Below are positions 9,501 to 19,226 of a stretch of DNA of 61,316 bases, piece after piece (the first letter of the stretch is position 1; every line of letters begins with the position of its first letter). Under the pieces are notes generated by a model, which was not told the origin of the DNA, searched no databases, and saw nothing but the letters and a program-made list of their open reading frames with translations. The position numbers and the translations under genes were made by a program. Origin of the DNA: a virus (lineage: Duplodnaviria; Caudoviricetes); the IMG/VR virus record IMGVR_UViG_3300042465_001021, positions 1 to 61,316 of that record, one strand, 5' to 3'.

Positions 9501-12500
9501 AGCCGTATGCTTCCGGGTGAGGCTGGCTACCAAGGCAACCTTCTGCTTGAGGCATCGCAGGCGCTTCAGTACATCCTCTCGACTCCTGAGAAGGGTATTG
9601 ATGTGGCTCCTTTGCCTGCCCGTAAAGGTCGTGCTCGTGGGGCAGTAATAGTCGCTCCAACCACGCAAATGACTGCGGATGAAGCTTATCGAAAGTCCGC
9701 AGAGCGCGATGCAGAAAAGTACGACAAGCCTAGCACCGTAAAGAAACTGGCCAACTTCATGAGTGGTCAAGACGGCTACGAGTGGCTGGCACGTAAATTC
9801 CAGAACGACCGTCGCCCGTTGGTGTGGCTGCAAGAACAGTTGCGCCGTGCAGGGTTGATTCGTTACGACGGCGAGAACGCCAACAACATCTATGACTTGA
9901 TTGCCCTGTCGTCTGGTAAGGCTTTCCACAACATGACGCAGTATATGCAGCGTCATTACGACGACGTTCACAAGTCAATCAGAAACTATGCCGACGCCAA
10001 GGGTATCAATGTCGATCAGGCGTTAGGCCGCTTGAATATGTATCTGACCGCGCTGCACGAGCCAGAGCGTAGGCATGTGAAGTATCTGATGAACGTGCCG
10101 CTGAACAACACGACTAAAGTTAAAAGCGCCGTGCTTGGTGTTGAAGGCACCCCTGCGATGCTCCGCGAGTTCATCCTGCGTGAGTTACATAAATCAAAGG
10201 ATCTGGTCAGCAACGGTAAGGCCAAACAGTACCGCGATGTATTAGAACAACTTGTAGCCAAGTACAAAGACCGTAACGGGGCCAGCACCGTAAAAGTTAA
10301 GCCGGGTACGATGTCTCTTGATGAGAACGCCCCGGAGTACAACGTCATCGGTACGATGAATAAGACTCTCATCGACGACATCAAGAAGGACTTTGACGCT
10401 GACTCCAACAACCCGGCTACGGCTCAGCCGCTGCAAGAAATGCTGGCCGCGATGGAGCAGATTAAAGAAAACTCCAAGATGCTGGATCGGCAGGCAAACT
10501 ACTGGTCGCAGCCGGTGGATAACATCGTCGATTTCTACGGCTATCAGCATTACGTGCCGTTCAAGGGTAAGCCGCCCAAGGAAACTGACGTTAGCGAGGG
10601 TGACGAGCGATTTGAACTCGGTGGTCGCCGTCTGGGTGGAGAGTTGTCGGAAGCCGCCCAAGCGTTTGAAGGCCGTGAATCTGACTCCGATAACGTCGTT
10701 TTGCAGTTGCTGGCAGATGGCACCAAGTCTGCGATGCGGGCCGGGCGTAGCGGTGTTACGCAGGCCATTAAGAATCTCATTGACAAGAAGTACATTCGCG
10801 GCAGCAAGAATCCCAAGGTCATCAAGTTCGAGGATCGATATAAGGGTTTCGATCCTTCTGAGTACCGTGGCGAAAACAAGATCTTCCACTACACGAAGGA
10901 AGGTAACATCGAGGTCTACTCGATCAACGACAAGGTAATGCGCGATGCTATTCGCCGTGCCTACCAGACGCCAAGCCCGTTCATCGAGTTTGCCAACAAG
11001 ATCACAAGCGGCATCGGCCACTTCCACACTCGGTACAACCCGGCGTTCTACCCGTACAACTTCGTCCGCGATGCGCTAACCAATGCTTTCACGATGGGCG
11101 CAGAAATGGGTCCGAAAGCTGCGTTCGATTACATCGGCGCGGTGGCTGTGCAGATCGGCAAGATGGGTATGGCCAAGACGGGTCGCATCGCAAAGATGTA
11201 TGCCGAGGGCCGGGTCGATGAAATTGAAGCTTTGGCCAAGAAAGACCAAGACGTACGCAACATCTACGAGTACCTGCAAGAGGGTGGCCGGGTGTCGTAC
11301 GTACAAGGTCTGGCTCTGCAAGGTCAGAAGGAAGAGTTGGCCAAGAGCATCGGCAACCAGAAGTACGCCCGTACGTCCGACCAGATCAACAAGTGGGTCG
11401 ATATCTGGGCAGACTCGTTTGAGTTCACTAGCCGCGCTGCCGCTTACTCTGTGGCCAAGAGCAATGCTCTGGCACGAGGACTGACTGAACCTCAAGCTCG
11501 TCAGGAAGCCGCTGCCTATGCCAAGAACCTAGCCAACTTCGAACAGGTTGGTGAGTACGGTAAGCAGGCAGGTGCGCTGTTCATGTTCTTCCGTCCCGCT
11601 GCGACGGGTGCTGTCCGTGCGTTTGACTCAATCGCTCCGCTGTTCCAGAGGCTAGAGAACCTTGAGGCACGGCTCCCGCCGTCAATCCGTGACAACCCGG
11701 AGGCTATGGCGCAGTACCGCGAGAACTTTATTAAGCAGCGAGACATGGCCAAGGGGATGATGTATGGCCTGATGGGTGCAGGGGCGACTCTGTATCTTAT
11801 GGCATACATGGCGTCCGACGATGACGAGTTCGGTCGCAACAAGGTCGAGACTGATGACATGGCCTTGTGGACTCGCAACCTGCGCCTGCCGCTGAACATC
11901 ATCGGTAAGGAAGGGTACATGCAGTTGCCGTGGGGCTTCGGTCTGGGTGCGTTCGGCGCTGCCGGTGCACAGGTAGCAGGCACAGCCTTCGGCAAGACAT
12001 CGGTCAAGGACATGGCCGTGAACATGACCAACATCGCTATGGACTCGTTCATGCCGCTGCCGGTGTCGCGTATCGACCCCACGGAGAACTTCCCGGCGTG
12101 GATCGTGGACTCCATTGTGCCTTCGGCTGCGCGTCCGTTTGTTGAGTTCGCCATGAACGTGGACGGCCTTGGCCGTGAGATCTACAACAATCGAGCCACG
12201 AAGTACGGTGAGGCTTTCACTGGTGGCAAGAACGTGCCTGAACTCTACAAGACGATGGCTGAAGGCATCTTCAGGTTCACGAACGGTGAGCAGCAGGTTC
12301 AGCCCAACACTCTGTACTTCTGGACTAATAATTACTTAGACGGTATTTCAAGAATTGCTCATAGTGCCTACGGCATCGGACTTACGGCTTCTGGCCAGAA
12401 AGACTTTGACGCCAAGGCAGATCTCGTCCTGTTCAGTAGCTTCGTGGGTCGTAAGTCGAACTATGACGCCCGTGAGTTTGCACAGGTAGAGAGCAAGATC

Positions 12501-12797
12501 AAGGACAAGGCCGACGCCCTGCGCTCGTTGGAGAACCTTGCCAAACTAAATGGTGACGTAGCACCGCTACGTCGTTACATGGAACGCAACCCGAACGACA
12601 AGGCAATCATCTATATCTACAACAAGCAGATCAACAATCGGCTGCGTGATCTACGTTCGTTCCGTAACGCTGTGCAGAGTAATACCGAGTACACGCCGAA
12701 ACAGAAACGAGACATCATCGATCAGATCGACTTGGAGCAGAACTACATCAAGCGAGGCATGATCGAGACGTTCCGTCAGTACGGCGTGAACCCCTAG
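6564..12797 (+). CDS. giant ejection protein / large polyvalent protein (HExxH motif; LPD38-like C-terminus)
   Basis: 2077 aa; HEAVH motif near nt 9129; C-terminal LPWGFGLG...PFVEFAMNVDGLGREIY resembles LPD38; last gene of the structural transcript. Confidence 0.7.
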   Translation: MPTYQITGPDGRTYSIDGPAGATREQVIAAIRRQLALRQGVGGKQQAGFVESVKESAATLGAAPAAARFAAAKTPEEKAAARKELLEVAGGDELAKTSFADIQDLPSAIDWAKQVAGSSVGALVAPGAAALATGPVGGVATLGTQYTTSNLIRQAEEQERALAEGRQAEETSVGKAVAAAGASTALDVVGFKFFQPLFKSFPLVGKLFGEGGEKAAKEAEGRLAEAIQNKTLTFKGGIARGIAKGVAFEVPQEIAQTAVERWQAGLSLTDAEAKSEYIEAGAGAVLLGGGLGGASGFVSTRDQKRRAEEAIREKRFAEEKAKKEAAEKLAAEKGEETPAEKLEKELRPAAAVSDELLMNAERAIREVGDEVKVSDHVNKLVEDLGVSVKEAKVLMKKLRENKVVSSKDGKFKVNPPEVDVLPYVGKEGETDLVETTEPTVTQVAAAQAQQAQAADAAAAPQVTAPSTVETTAATPTTTPTEGEIADESVAGISTEPVDTGAVTGGAGVPPSGLTTAGPDLTDTERAGLGGAPLPPDESVAGEEAGQPPLKKETRKTRLAAVKAEVAERKEQRRVQLNEVTANLNNLRTMLPEQVDEDTVTDLLNLTTKLERTYEALDKLPANKTKNYLKKEANLDAKIVSLRNKLNFLSTLTEQQTQPFKSKEEIDAELEGTEAEAQRRAAREDAGGLTAEEKVQPVTAQFESALRKGINNVIDFLGVSAAEGARELQAQPGQEVLRTQRAAPEQAEDQLQEEIADEIVSRKQAEAKGKPTIGMGRVDKDEKRRANIAAYEVLSGLTETLGRISFADSAVQIEGDNNADPNVFTRLRQENKLAEYDPQTNTFYFTRDGLSKKIVLHEAVHAATVKVLRAYETQPDSLTETQRDAADQMIKIFTEAKKRLGGRYRNDFENVYEFVSGVATNKDLQRELSKISRPNLGKYTKRVTSLWNQFTEALARMFGIDSRKGTKARMLDETAQVPGMSRMLPGEAGYQGNLLLEASQALQYILSTPEKGIDVAPLPARKGRARGAVIVAPTTQMTADEAYRKSAERDAEKYDKPSTVKKLANFMSGQDGYEWLARKFQNDRRPLVWLQEQLRRAGLIRYDGENANNIYDLIALSSGKAFHNMTQYMQRHYDDVHKSIRNYADAKGINVDQALGRLNMYLTALHEPERRHVKYLMNVPLNNTTKVKSAVLGVEGTPAMLREFILRELHKSKDLVSNGKAKQYRDVLEQLVAKYKDRNGASTVKVKPGTMSLDENAPEYNVIGTMNKTLIDDIKKDFDADSNNPATAQPLQEMLAAMEQIKENSKMLDRQANYWSQPVDNIVDFYGYQHYVPFKGKPPKETDVSEGDERFELGGRRLGGELSEAAQAFEGRESDSDNVVLQLLADGTKSAMRAGRSGVTQAIKNLIDKKYIRGSKNPKVIKFEDRYKGFDPSEYRGENKIFHYTKEGNIEVYSINDKVMRDAIRRAYQTPSPFIEFANKITSGIGHFHTRYNPAFYPYNFVRDALTNAFTMGAEMGPKAAFDYIGAVAVQIGKMGMAKTGRIAKMYAEGRVDEIEALAKKDQDVRNIYEYLQEGGRVSYVQGLALQGQKEELAKSIGNQKYARTSDQINKWVDIWADSFEFTSRAAAYSVAKSNALARGLTEPQARQEAAAYAKNLANFEQVGEYGKQAGALFMFFRPAATGAVRAFDSIAPLFQRLENLEARLPPSIRDNPEAMAQYRENFIKQRDMAKGMMYGLMGAGATLYLMAYMASDDDEFGRNKVETDDMALWTRNLRLPLNIIGKEGYMQLPWGFGLGAFGAAGAQVAGTAFGKTSVKDMAVNMTNIAMDSFMPLPVSRIDPTENFPAWIVDSIVPSAARPFVEFAMNVDGLGREIYNNRATKYGEAFTGGKNVPELYKTMAEGIFRFTNGEQQVQPNTLYFWTNNYLDGISRIAHSAYGIGLTASGQKDFDAKADLVLFSSFVGRKSNYDAREFAQVESKIKDKADALRSLENLAKLNGDVAPLRRYMERNPNDKAIIYIYNKQINNRLRDLRSFRNAVQSNTEYTPKQKRDIIDQIDLEQNYIKRGMIETFRQYGVNP

Positions 12798-13000
12798 GTT
12801 ACTCTCCAGACCCGGACACCAAGACACCCGTCCTTTGCAGACGGGTACACCTTGACTCTGATCTTGGCTTTCTTTGCCGACGTATCTACTTTGTAGATCA
12901 TCTCGGCTGGCTTGAGAGTAGGCACGAAGAAACTGTCCCCAATCTGCATGAAGTCAAACGGGAACAGCCACTCCGGTTCCTCAAGCCTTTGTAAGTTCAT
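12794..13000 (-). CDS. small conserved phage hypothetical protein
   Basis: 68 aa; FPFDFMQIGDSFFVP...GVRVWRV; overlaps the primase stop. Confidence 0.65.
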   Translation of the reverse strand: MNLQRLEEPEWLFPFDFMQIGDSFFVPTLKPAEMIYKVDTSAKKAKIRVKVYPSAKDGCLGVRVWRVT

Positions 13001-15794
13001 TCACCAGATTCTCTACATTCTCATCCTTGAACGAGTATACCCACACCGGATGGAAACTTGAGCCGCCCTTCCACCCTGCACCAAGACGCTTCTTCTCGGT
13101 GTTGACCAGAAGTCCCTGCGTGGTCATAACGTGTTCAAACTTACGTACGCTGATGCCACGGGTAGACAAGAACTTCTTAAACTCCGTACGGGATACGTAA
13201 TACATTTTAGTATCCGACTCGATGCGGCCAAGTAACTGCCTCGGGTCGTACTGGTTGACCAAACGATCACCGTCGAAGATCAAGAAGGTGGACTGATTCA
13301 GGTTGCAGAACTCACCAAGCAAAGTCTTGTAGTCGCTCGGATCGATCTTCACCGCGTTGTCGCGGATGTCCATGATGTCAGTTAAGACTTTCTGGTAGAT
13401 GTGATCCAGATCAAGGTTGGTGATCCCGGCTTCGTTGGCGATCTCGCCGCCTGCGAAAGCAGCAGCAACTAGACTCTCGTAGAAGCGATGGCTAACGTCG
13501 TCGCCAAAGTCAGCACGGAATCGGTACTGCCAAGCTTCGATCTTTCTCTTGATCTGCTCCTCGCCAATCTTATACAAGTACTTGATGAATTCCGGGCCTG
13601 CGTGCCCATAGTTAAAGCGGAATGGGTTAAACATCTGCATACCCAACTCGCGGGTTAGGGCATGGGGCCGCTTCACATCGAACTCAACGATACGAGCCAC
13701 CTCACCGTCCGGGCTTGCCTTCAGTTGCTGCAACTTGTCGTAGAGCGGCGAGTTAGTCGTGAAGATTCCAATCAGCGAGGCAGTCATCTCCAAGTCTCGT
13801 TCGGCGTTGACCGAGGACTGCATACGCAACTTGGCCTTACCTTGCGAGATGCGGTGAGCCAGACGGGAGATTGCTTCAGGGTCTGCGTTGGATGCTTCGT
13901 CGATACCAAGCGGCAGGTTCTTCAGATTCAGCAACCGACCAACAAACGCATTATCCGTCGCGTTGCCATCCAGTACGCTGAGTTCTCTCGGGTCACCCCA
14001 GACAGAAAGTGCAGAGTACATGGCGCTCGTCTTACCCGTGCCTGATTCCGCGCTTGCAAAAGAGACGCACACACCCGCCGTTGGGGTCAGGTACATCAAG
14101 GGTGAGCCAAACCCGCACAGCAAACCAAAGGCATGAAGTTCAAACCCCGGAGCATTCATCGCATTCGCAGACTGCTTCCACAAGTCATACTCGCCAGTGG
14201 GTCGAAGTAGTTTAGAAATGTTACGAACCAAAGGACTCGCGGATGCTTTGACAACCTCGCCGCTAGGAGTTACCTCAGTTCCACCGATAACGAAAGCGTC
14301 ACGGTTTTCTGTCCATCCCATCTGCATACGCATGATTTCCGCCTTGTGTTTACTCATCAAGTATTGATCCCACTTGATGATGTAGTTTTGTAAGTGAGTG
14401 ATATGAGTCGGCAAGAAAGTAACGCTGTGGCTACTCAATACCTTCCTAAACAAATCCAGTGCATACACCGAACTCATCGGTAGGATGAATTCTCGCATAG
14501 GATCGTGCTGCATCAAGTGTCGCATCAAAAGACATTCGCCGTCTGCGGTGCTGTACATTCTTTTTACCGGGAATAAATCATTCACCGATAAGCACACCGG
14601 GTCGTCCTGAATCTTGACTCCTTCCTCATCCACCTTTGGTGGCGGCACAAAATAAACGCCGCCGTTCTTGCCACGGGTGTAGGGCTTCAGGAAGGCAGGG
14701 AATGTTGGAACCTCTTCGGGATTCTCCGTGATCCGAACTGTGTCCTCCTCGGACACTTCTTGTGTCGGGGCTTCAAGGAGCCGCTTTCCGATAGCAAGTG
14801 GGTTTGTAACCTTTCCTCGTAGTGGGCAACCGTCACAGCCACCGGGGTTGAGTTGGTCGAACTTGTCGCAGGAGAAGGGCTTGCCAAATGCCTGATTAGC
14901 CTTTTTAACAGTTGTTTCATAGTTGTAACCGGGGTGATCCTCTGACATCAAATGGATAGCACTTTCCCAATCGGTGCAGTGCCGTGCGATTGATAACCCC
15001 GCATACCACAGTGGTTCTTCCAACGTGGCAGCATTGACGAGAATGTGCTTGATCTGAGCGCAGCCCTCATCGCCCAGACTCTTCTCAGCAATGTTTTGGA
15101 ACGTCGTCTCGTAGTTATCCAGACGAGCAATCTTCTTGGTGTCCTCGTCGAGACCTTTCGGAAACATATCCAAAAGACTTGTAGTATCCGGCGCAATAAC
15201 ACCCAGAAAGTCCTTGAAGTCTTCAAAACTGTACTGCCCAAAATCGTGATCCAGCAGCTTAGTTTCGATTGGCTCGTTCTTGTAATTAACTGTTTGGGGA
15301 CAGCGCAAGATACGTGCAGCATCGGCCGTTACTGCCGGGTCAATCTTGATGTGGTCTAAGCACAGTTGCTTGAACTTCAGTGCATACGGCTTCCACTCCT
15401 CGGTAGGAATGTCTCGGTCAAAAAGCCAATACGCATGGACGCCACCGCCTGAATCCACCTTGACTGGTGGAGGCAGTCCGACCATATCAACAAAGTCATT
15501 CAGCGCAGCAAGAGCCTCGTCCTTGCTACGGTACTTCTTTGCGTTGTCGCCTACGTCCAGATCGATAAAGAACGACCGGCAGTAGATGGCATTTTCGGCA
15601 CGACGGCTATAGCCGTTGAACGTGTTTAACGCGACGAATACATTTTGGTTTTCCTCTTTTAGTCCTTCTACCAAGTCCAACAAATCGCTGAGTGTCTCTG
15701 CAAACCGATTGGTAATCTTCCCTTCTTTGTCGATACCTGCGGCACAGTAAACACCCTGCGACGGTAATGCTTTCTCGTAAAATTCTTTTATCAT
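12981..15794 (-). CDS. primase-helicase (N-terminal AEP/RepB-type primase, Cys cluster, DUF927-like P-loop helicase)
   Basis: 937 aa; FIDLD, SGGGVHAYW, ARILRCP primase motifs; C..C..C cluster; Walker A ESGTGKT; Walker B LGIDE. Confidence 0.8.
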   Translation of the reverse strand: MIKEFYEKALPSQGVYCAAGIDKEGKITNRFAETLSDLLDLVEGLKEENQNVFVALNTFNGYSRRAENAIYCRSFFIDLDVGDNAKKYRSKDEALAALNDFVDMVGLPPPVKVDSGGGVHAYWLFDRDIPTEEWKPYALKFKQLCLDHIKIDPAVTADAARILRCPQTVNYKNEPIETKLLDHDFGQYSFEDFKDFLGVIAPDTTSLLDMFPKGLDEDTKKIARLDNYETTFQNIAEKSLGDEGCAQIKHILVNAATLEEPLWYAGLSIARHCTDWESAIHLMSEDHPGYNYETTVKKANQAFGKPFSCDKFDQLNPGGCDGCPLRGKVTNPLAIGKRLLEAPTQEVSEEDTVRITENPEEVPTFPAFLKPYTRGKNGGVYFVPPPKVDEEGVKIQDDPVCLSVNDLFPVKRMYSTADGECLLMRHLMQHDPMREFILPMSSVYALDLFRKVLSSHSVTFLPTHITHLQNYIIKWDQYLMSKHKAEIMRMQMGWTENRDAFVIGGTEVTPSGEVVKASASPLVRNISKLLRPTGEYDLWKQSANAMNAPGFELHAFGLLCGFGSPLMYLTPTAGVCVSFASAESGTGKTSAMYSALSVWGDPRELSVLDGNATDNAFVGRLLNLKNLPLGIDEASNADPEAISRLAHRISQGKAKLRMQSSVNAERDLEMTASLIGIFTTNSPLYDKLQQLKASPDGEVARIVEFDVKRPHALTRELGMQMFNPFRFNYGHAGPEFIKYLYKIGEEQIKRKIEAWQYRFRADFGDDVSHRFYESLVAAAFAGGEIANEAGITNLDLDHIYQKVLTDIMDIRDNAVKIDPSDYKTLLGEFCNLNQSTFLIFDGDRLVNQYDPRQLLGRIESDTKMYYVSRTEFKKFLSTRGISVRKFEHVMTTQGLLVNTEKKRLGAGWKGGSSFHPVWVYSFKDENVENLVNELTKA

Positions 15795-15808
15795 GACCGC
15801 TCACAGAT

Positions 15809-15836
15809 AAAAAAGGCGGGGTGGCAGTCCCCCGCC
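15809..15836 (-). terminator. Rho-independent terminator-like hairpin
   Basis: Minus strand GGCGGGG-GACTGCCA-CCCCGCC followed by TTTTTT. Confidence 0.7.
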
Positions 15837-15860
15837 AACACCAATGACTAACTACTCAGA

Positions 15861-16172
15861 TCAAATCTGACCTCCAACCATATCCTCGATGTAGAGTTTG
15901 GCATCGATCATGTTGGGGGCAGGAAGCCTACCTGACTCCATGTCTTTCTCCACAATGGTCATAAAGGCTTCAACAACCTTACGCTTCTCCTCACGGATAC
16001 CTTGGCCACGGAACCACGCATAGACAGTCATGCGTGAGATCTTCAATGCTTTGGCCACGTATGTCGCGGGGAGATTAGCCTCGACACACAGCCTCCCAAG
16101 TTTCACTCCCAAACGAGTAGGATCTGCGTCCTTCAGGCCGAGCAGAAATTCGTAACTGTATGAACGAGGCAT
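15861..16172 (-). CDS. Cro/CI-like HTH protein
   Basis: 103 aa; ATYVAKALKISRMTVYAWFRG helix-turn-helix signature. Confidence 0.7.
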   Translation of the reverse strand: MPRSYSYEFLLGLKDADPTRLGVKLGRLCVEANLPATYVAKALKISRMTVYAWFRGQGIREEKRKVVEAFMTIVEKDMESGRLPAPNMIDAKLYIEDMVGGQI

Positions 16173-16181
16173 GACGGCTCC

Positions 16182-17021
16182 TTACTTCTTCGCCCACTTC
16201 TTGACGACTTCCGCTGCATCAGCGTTGACGACTTCGGGCTTCTTCGCGGCCTCACGCAACTTCGGCTCATCGCCAGACTGCGCGACTTCCGCTGCGTCAC
16301 CTTCATCTGCCTGATACACGGTCAACTTGATAGCAGTCTCAGCAGCCGCCGAATCACGCTGCTTCAGGATGGCGTCGTAGTCTTCCTGCGGAACCGGAGC
16401 CACAGGCGAGAACAACAACTTCGGCACAGGCGACTTCGTGTCGAACTGCATCTTCGTAACCACACGACCTGCCGAGATATTGTTGTTAGCCAACATCTGA
16501 ATGTACGGGCGGAACGGGAACTTGCCGCTGTCCTCCTTACCAAAGCAAGACGTAGCCGGAAGAACCAACTGCATCACATCGCCTGCCGGGTCATGCGGCA
16601 GAACAACAGCAGTACGCCACGACAAACGGCAAGCAGCGCCGCTACCGCCTTGGCCAGAACCCTTCACAGAGAACTGACACTTGTCGCAAGCAGAAGCCTG
16701 CGGAGTCTTAACGTCGGCATCCGGAGCCTTACCGTCAGACGACCAGCACGTAGGAGCAGACTTCTCGCCTTCCTTGTACGTGCCAGAGTAGTAGGTACGG
16801 GCAGCGTTGTGCGCCATCTTCACAAAGATCACGTTCATGTGGCGATCTTCGATCGTGCCTACTTCCTTGCCACCGGCCATCTTACGGAACACGCCGCCTT
16901 TGATGGAGATGCGCTTGGTACCGCCGTTAGCACCGCCTGCGACTGCAAGAGTGTCAGCGTCCAACCCACCCTGAATCTGGGAGAGTTGATTCTTCAAATT
17001 AGCAATGATGTCGTTAGCCAT
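16182..17021 (-). CDS. conserved replication-module protein, probable ssDNA-binding/annealing protein
   Basis: 279 aa; RISIKGGVFR, PTCWSSDG, C-x2-C...C motif, acidic C-terminal region; location among replication genes. Confidence 0.55.
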   Translation of the reverse strand: MANDIIANLKNQLSQIQGGLDADTLAVAGGANGGTKRISIKGGVFRKMAGGKEVGTIEDRHMNVIFVKMAHNAARTYYSGTYKEGEKSAPTCWSSDGKAPDADVKTPQASACDKCQFSVKGSGQGGSGAACRLSWRTAVVLPHDPAGDVMQLVLPATSCFGKEDSGKFPFRPYIQMLANNNISAGRVVTKMQFDTKSPVPKLLFSPVAPVPQEDYDAILKQRDSAAAETAIKLTVYQADEGDAAEVAQSGDEPKLREAAKKPEVVNADAAEVVKKWAKK

Positions 17022-17037
17022 ATAGACCTCTATTTAA

Positions 17038-17445
17038 TTACTTGCCAGTTGCTTTTCGTACAGACACGCCATACTCACGCATGACGTTCACACCCGGAGG
17101 AAGTCCATCTCCCTCGTTATCGTTCAGGAATTGTTTGAAATTACCCTGACTGATACGACGCTCTAACAGGTGCGGAGCTTCGTTGTCCAGAACAAACTTG
17201 TAAAAGTTATCCCAGTCCGTGCAGTAGTACTTTTCATTCAACTTCCGCATCACAGTACCATGACTAGTCTTGATGCTATCAGCGCTGACCGAGTTACAAA
17301 TATCCAATAAAACAGACTCGATCTTCTTTGCCTCGTCCAACAGAATCTTGTCAGCCGTCTCGTACTGACGCAGGATGCTTTCTCGCTCCCTACGTATGTT
17401 CAGATACGCACTAACCAAATCTTCGGTATTCAACATATCGTCCAT
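17038..17445 (-). CDS. conserved phage protein (Gam-like coiled coil)
   Basis: Start moved to ATG 17445 (GAGGTG upstream); SIKTSHGTV...DWDNFY...LLERRISQ...PPGV. Confidence 0.6.
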   Translation of the reverse strand: MDDMLNTEDLVSAYLNIRRERESILRQYETADKILLDEAKKIESVLLDICNSVSADSIKTSHGTVMRKLNEKYYCTDWDNFYKFVLDNEAPHLLERRISQGNFKQFLNDNEGDGLPPGVNVMREYGVSVRKATGK

Positions 17446-17446
17446 A

Positions 17447-19033
17447 TCACACCTCGTCCAGTTCCTGTTTATACAAATCGACAATCTTTTGATGACTGTC
17501 TACCTTTCCTTGCAGCATCGCGTACATCTTTCTCTCAACATCCGAACCTTGCAGATGAACCACCGTCATCTTGTTTTTCTGTCCAACTCGCTCGATACGC
17601 CCGATGCACTGCAAGTAGGTCTCGACAGACATCACAGGCGACCAAAAAACAATCGTGTCAGCAGCAGTCAGTGTGATTCCGTGCGATGCAGATTGAGGCT
17701 GAATTACTAGCACTCTCGGATCGGCACTCGTCTGGAATTGGTTGACGATCTCCGATCTATTCTGGGCACTGACAGAACCTTGTATGACGGCGACTGACTC
17801 TCCTTGCTTTCTCAGATACTCCACAACAATCTCGATGGTGTGGATGTATGGAACGAATATTACTACCTTGTTGGACGTTTCATCAAGTGTTTCTTGCAGG
17901 GCATTTAGCCGAGGCGAAACATCAAACTCCACCACATCTCGCTTGTCGGTGTAAACAGCCCCGCCTGAAATTTGTAACAGTTTATTTAGGGCAGCCGCTG
18001 CGTTGACTGCGCTGATCTGCTCCCCCGCTGCCTCGATAAGAAGTTGTTGCTTCAGTGACTTGTAGTACTGTGCTACTTGAGTAGTCAACGGTATGTCTCT
18101 TGTCTGGTACACCAAGTCGGGCAGATCAAGACAGTCCTTCTTGCAGTATCTAATTGCAGGTTGCAGTGCCTTGTAGACCTCAACCTGTGACGTTGGCTTC
18201 GGCATCCACTTGAATCGCGTCACGGGATACATTACCCGGTCACGCCATGCCATTGTGAACTTGGGGACTCTATAAGGAGATACCAGTTTTGCGATGCCGA
18301 ACGCATCGACAGGAGACTGCGATGCCGGTGTGCCGGTCATCATCCATAGCCACGTATGCGGCTGAATCAGTTTGGCAAGCGTCTTCCACCGCCGTGTCGA
18401 TGTCGTCTTGTATGCGTTGGCTTCGTCCACGATGATCAGATCGTAGTTAGCCTCAAGCAATTCTTTGAACACGACGAACGTACCATCGTAATTAATGATC
18501 GTGAAGTCAGACTCTTCGTCGATCAGATTCTTTCGTTTGGTAGCCGAGCCGTGTGCGATGGCGCAGCGACGGTGCATTGCTGTCTTAAAGATGTCTGCCT
18601 GCCACGCTGAATACATAATCGACAACGGACAGATCACAAGCACCTTCTTGATCACGCCGATGTTCATCAAATAGTCAGCAGCCCAGATCGCCGCAGATGT
18701 CTTGCCTGTGCCTGCCTCGTTGAAGCAGAACGCTCGTGGCCTTACCGAGAGAAACGACGCCGTATCTTTCTGATGTTCAAACGGTGTGTGGAATCCCGGC
18801 CAGTTGTAGTCACGCAGGATCGGTGAGGGAATCTTTGGCAGCGACGGATCAGGTTGTTCAACGTCAATGATCGACGCCAACTTCATCGCTTCCTCTTGTC
18901 CCCAGTACACCAACACTTCTTTACTTTCTTCGCCTGACTTCAGAATCTCGCACTTCTCAATGCGCGAATAGGCTTCATCCGCTAGTTGCGGATTCACCTG
19001 AAACTGAAGTGCTGTGTTCTCTATTACTTGCAT
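17447..19033 (-). CDS. SNF2-family DNA helicase
   Basis: 528 aa; NEAGTGKT, IIVDEA, MTGTP, HGITLT, QCIGRIERVGQ helicase motifs. Confidence 0.9.
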   Translation of the reverse strand: MQVIENTALQFQVNPQLADEAYSRIEKCEILKSGEESKEVLVYWGQEEAMKLASIIDVEQPDPSLPKIPSPILRDYNWPGFHTPFEHQKDTASFLSVRPRAFCFNEAGTGKTSAAIWAADYLMNIGVIKKVLVICPLSIMYSAWQADIFKTAMHRRCAIAHGSATKRKNLIDEESDFTIINYDGTFVVFKELLEANYDLIIVDEANAYKTTSTRRWKTLAKLIQPHTWLWMMTGTPASQSPVDAFGIAKLVSPYRVPKFTMAWRDRVMYPVTRFKWMPKPTSQVEVYKALQPAIRYCKKDCLDLPDLVYQTRDIPLTTQVAQYYKSLKQQLLIEAAGEQISAVNAAAALNKLLQISGGAVYTDKRDVVEFDVSPRLNALQETLDETSNKVVIFVPYIHTIEIVVEYLRKQGESVAVIQGSVSAQNRSEIVNQFQTSADPRVLVIQPQSASHGITLTAADTIVFWSPVMSVETYLQCIGRIERVGQKNKMTVVHLQGSDVERKMYAMLQGKVDSHQKIVDLYKQELDEV

Positions 19034-19066
19034 TATATAAACCTAACTATACACCACTGGTGAATT

Positions 19067-19220
19067 AAAAAGCCCGTAACGTGGGCCAATCGTCTGAAGC
19101 ATGGGAGAAAGTGTAAGACCATCTTCAGATGACGCAGTTAATGTGTTGGGTGGACTAAACCCTGTGGGAGAGGTATGAAATCCCACGCCGTCGTAGTCAC
19201 TTGCGCCTTGACTGAACGGT
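19067..19220 (-). ncRNA. candidate ~155-nt structured small RNA with own promoter and terminator
   Basis: Intergenic; four hairpins plus terminal GCCC-ACGTTAC-GGGC-TTTTT; promoter immediately upstream. Confidence 0.55.
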
Positions 19221-19226
19221 ATTCAA

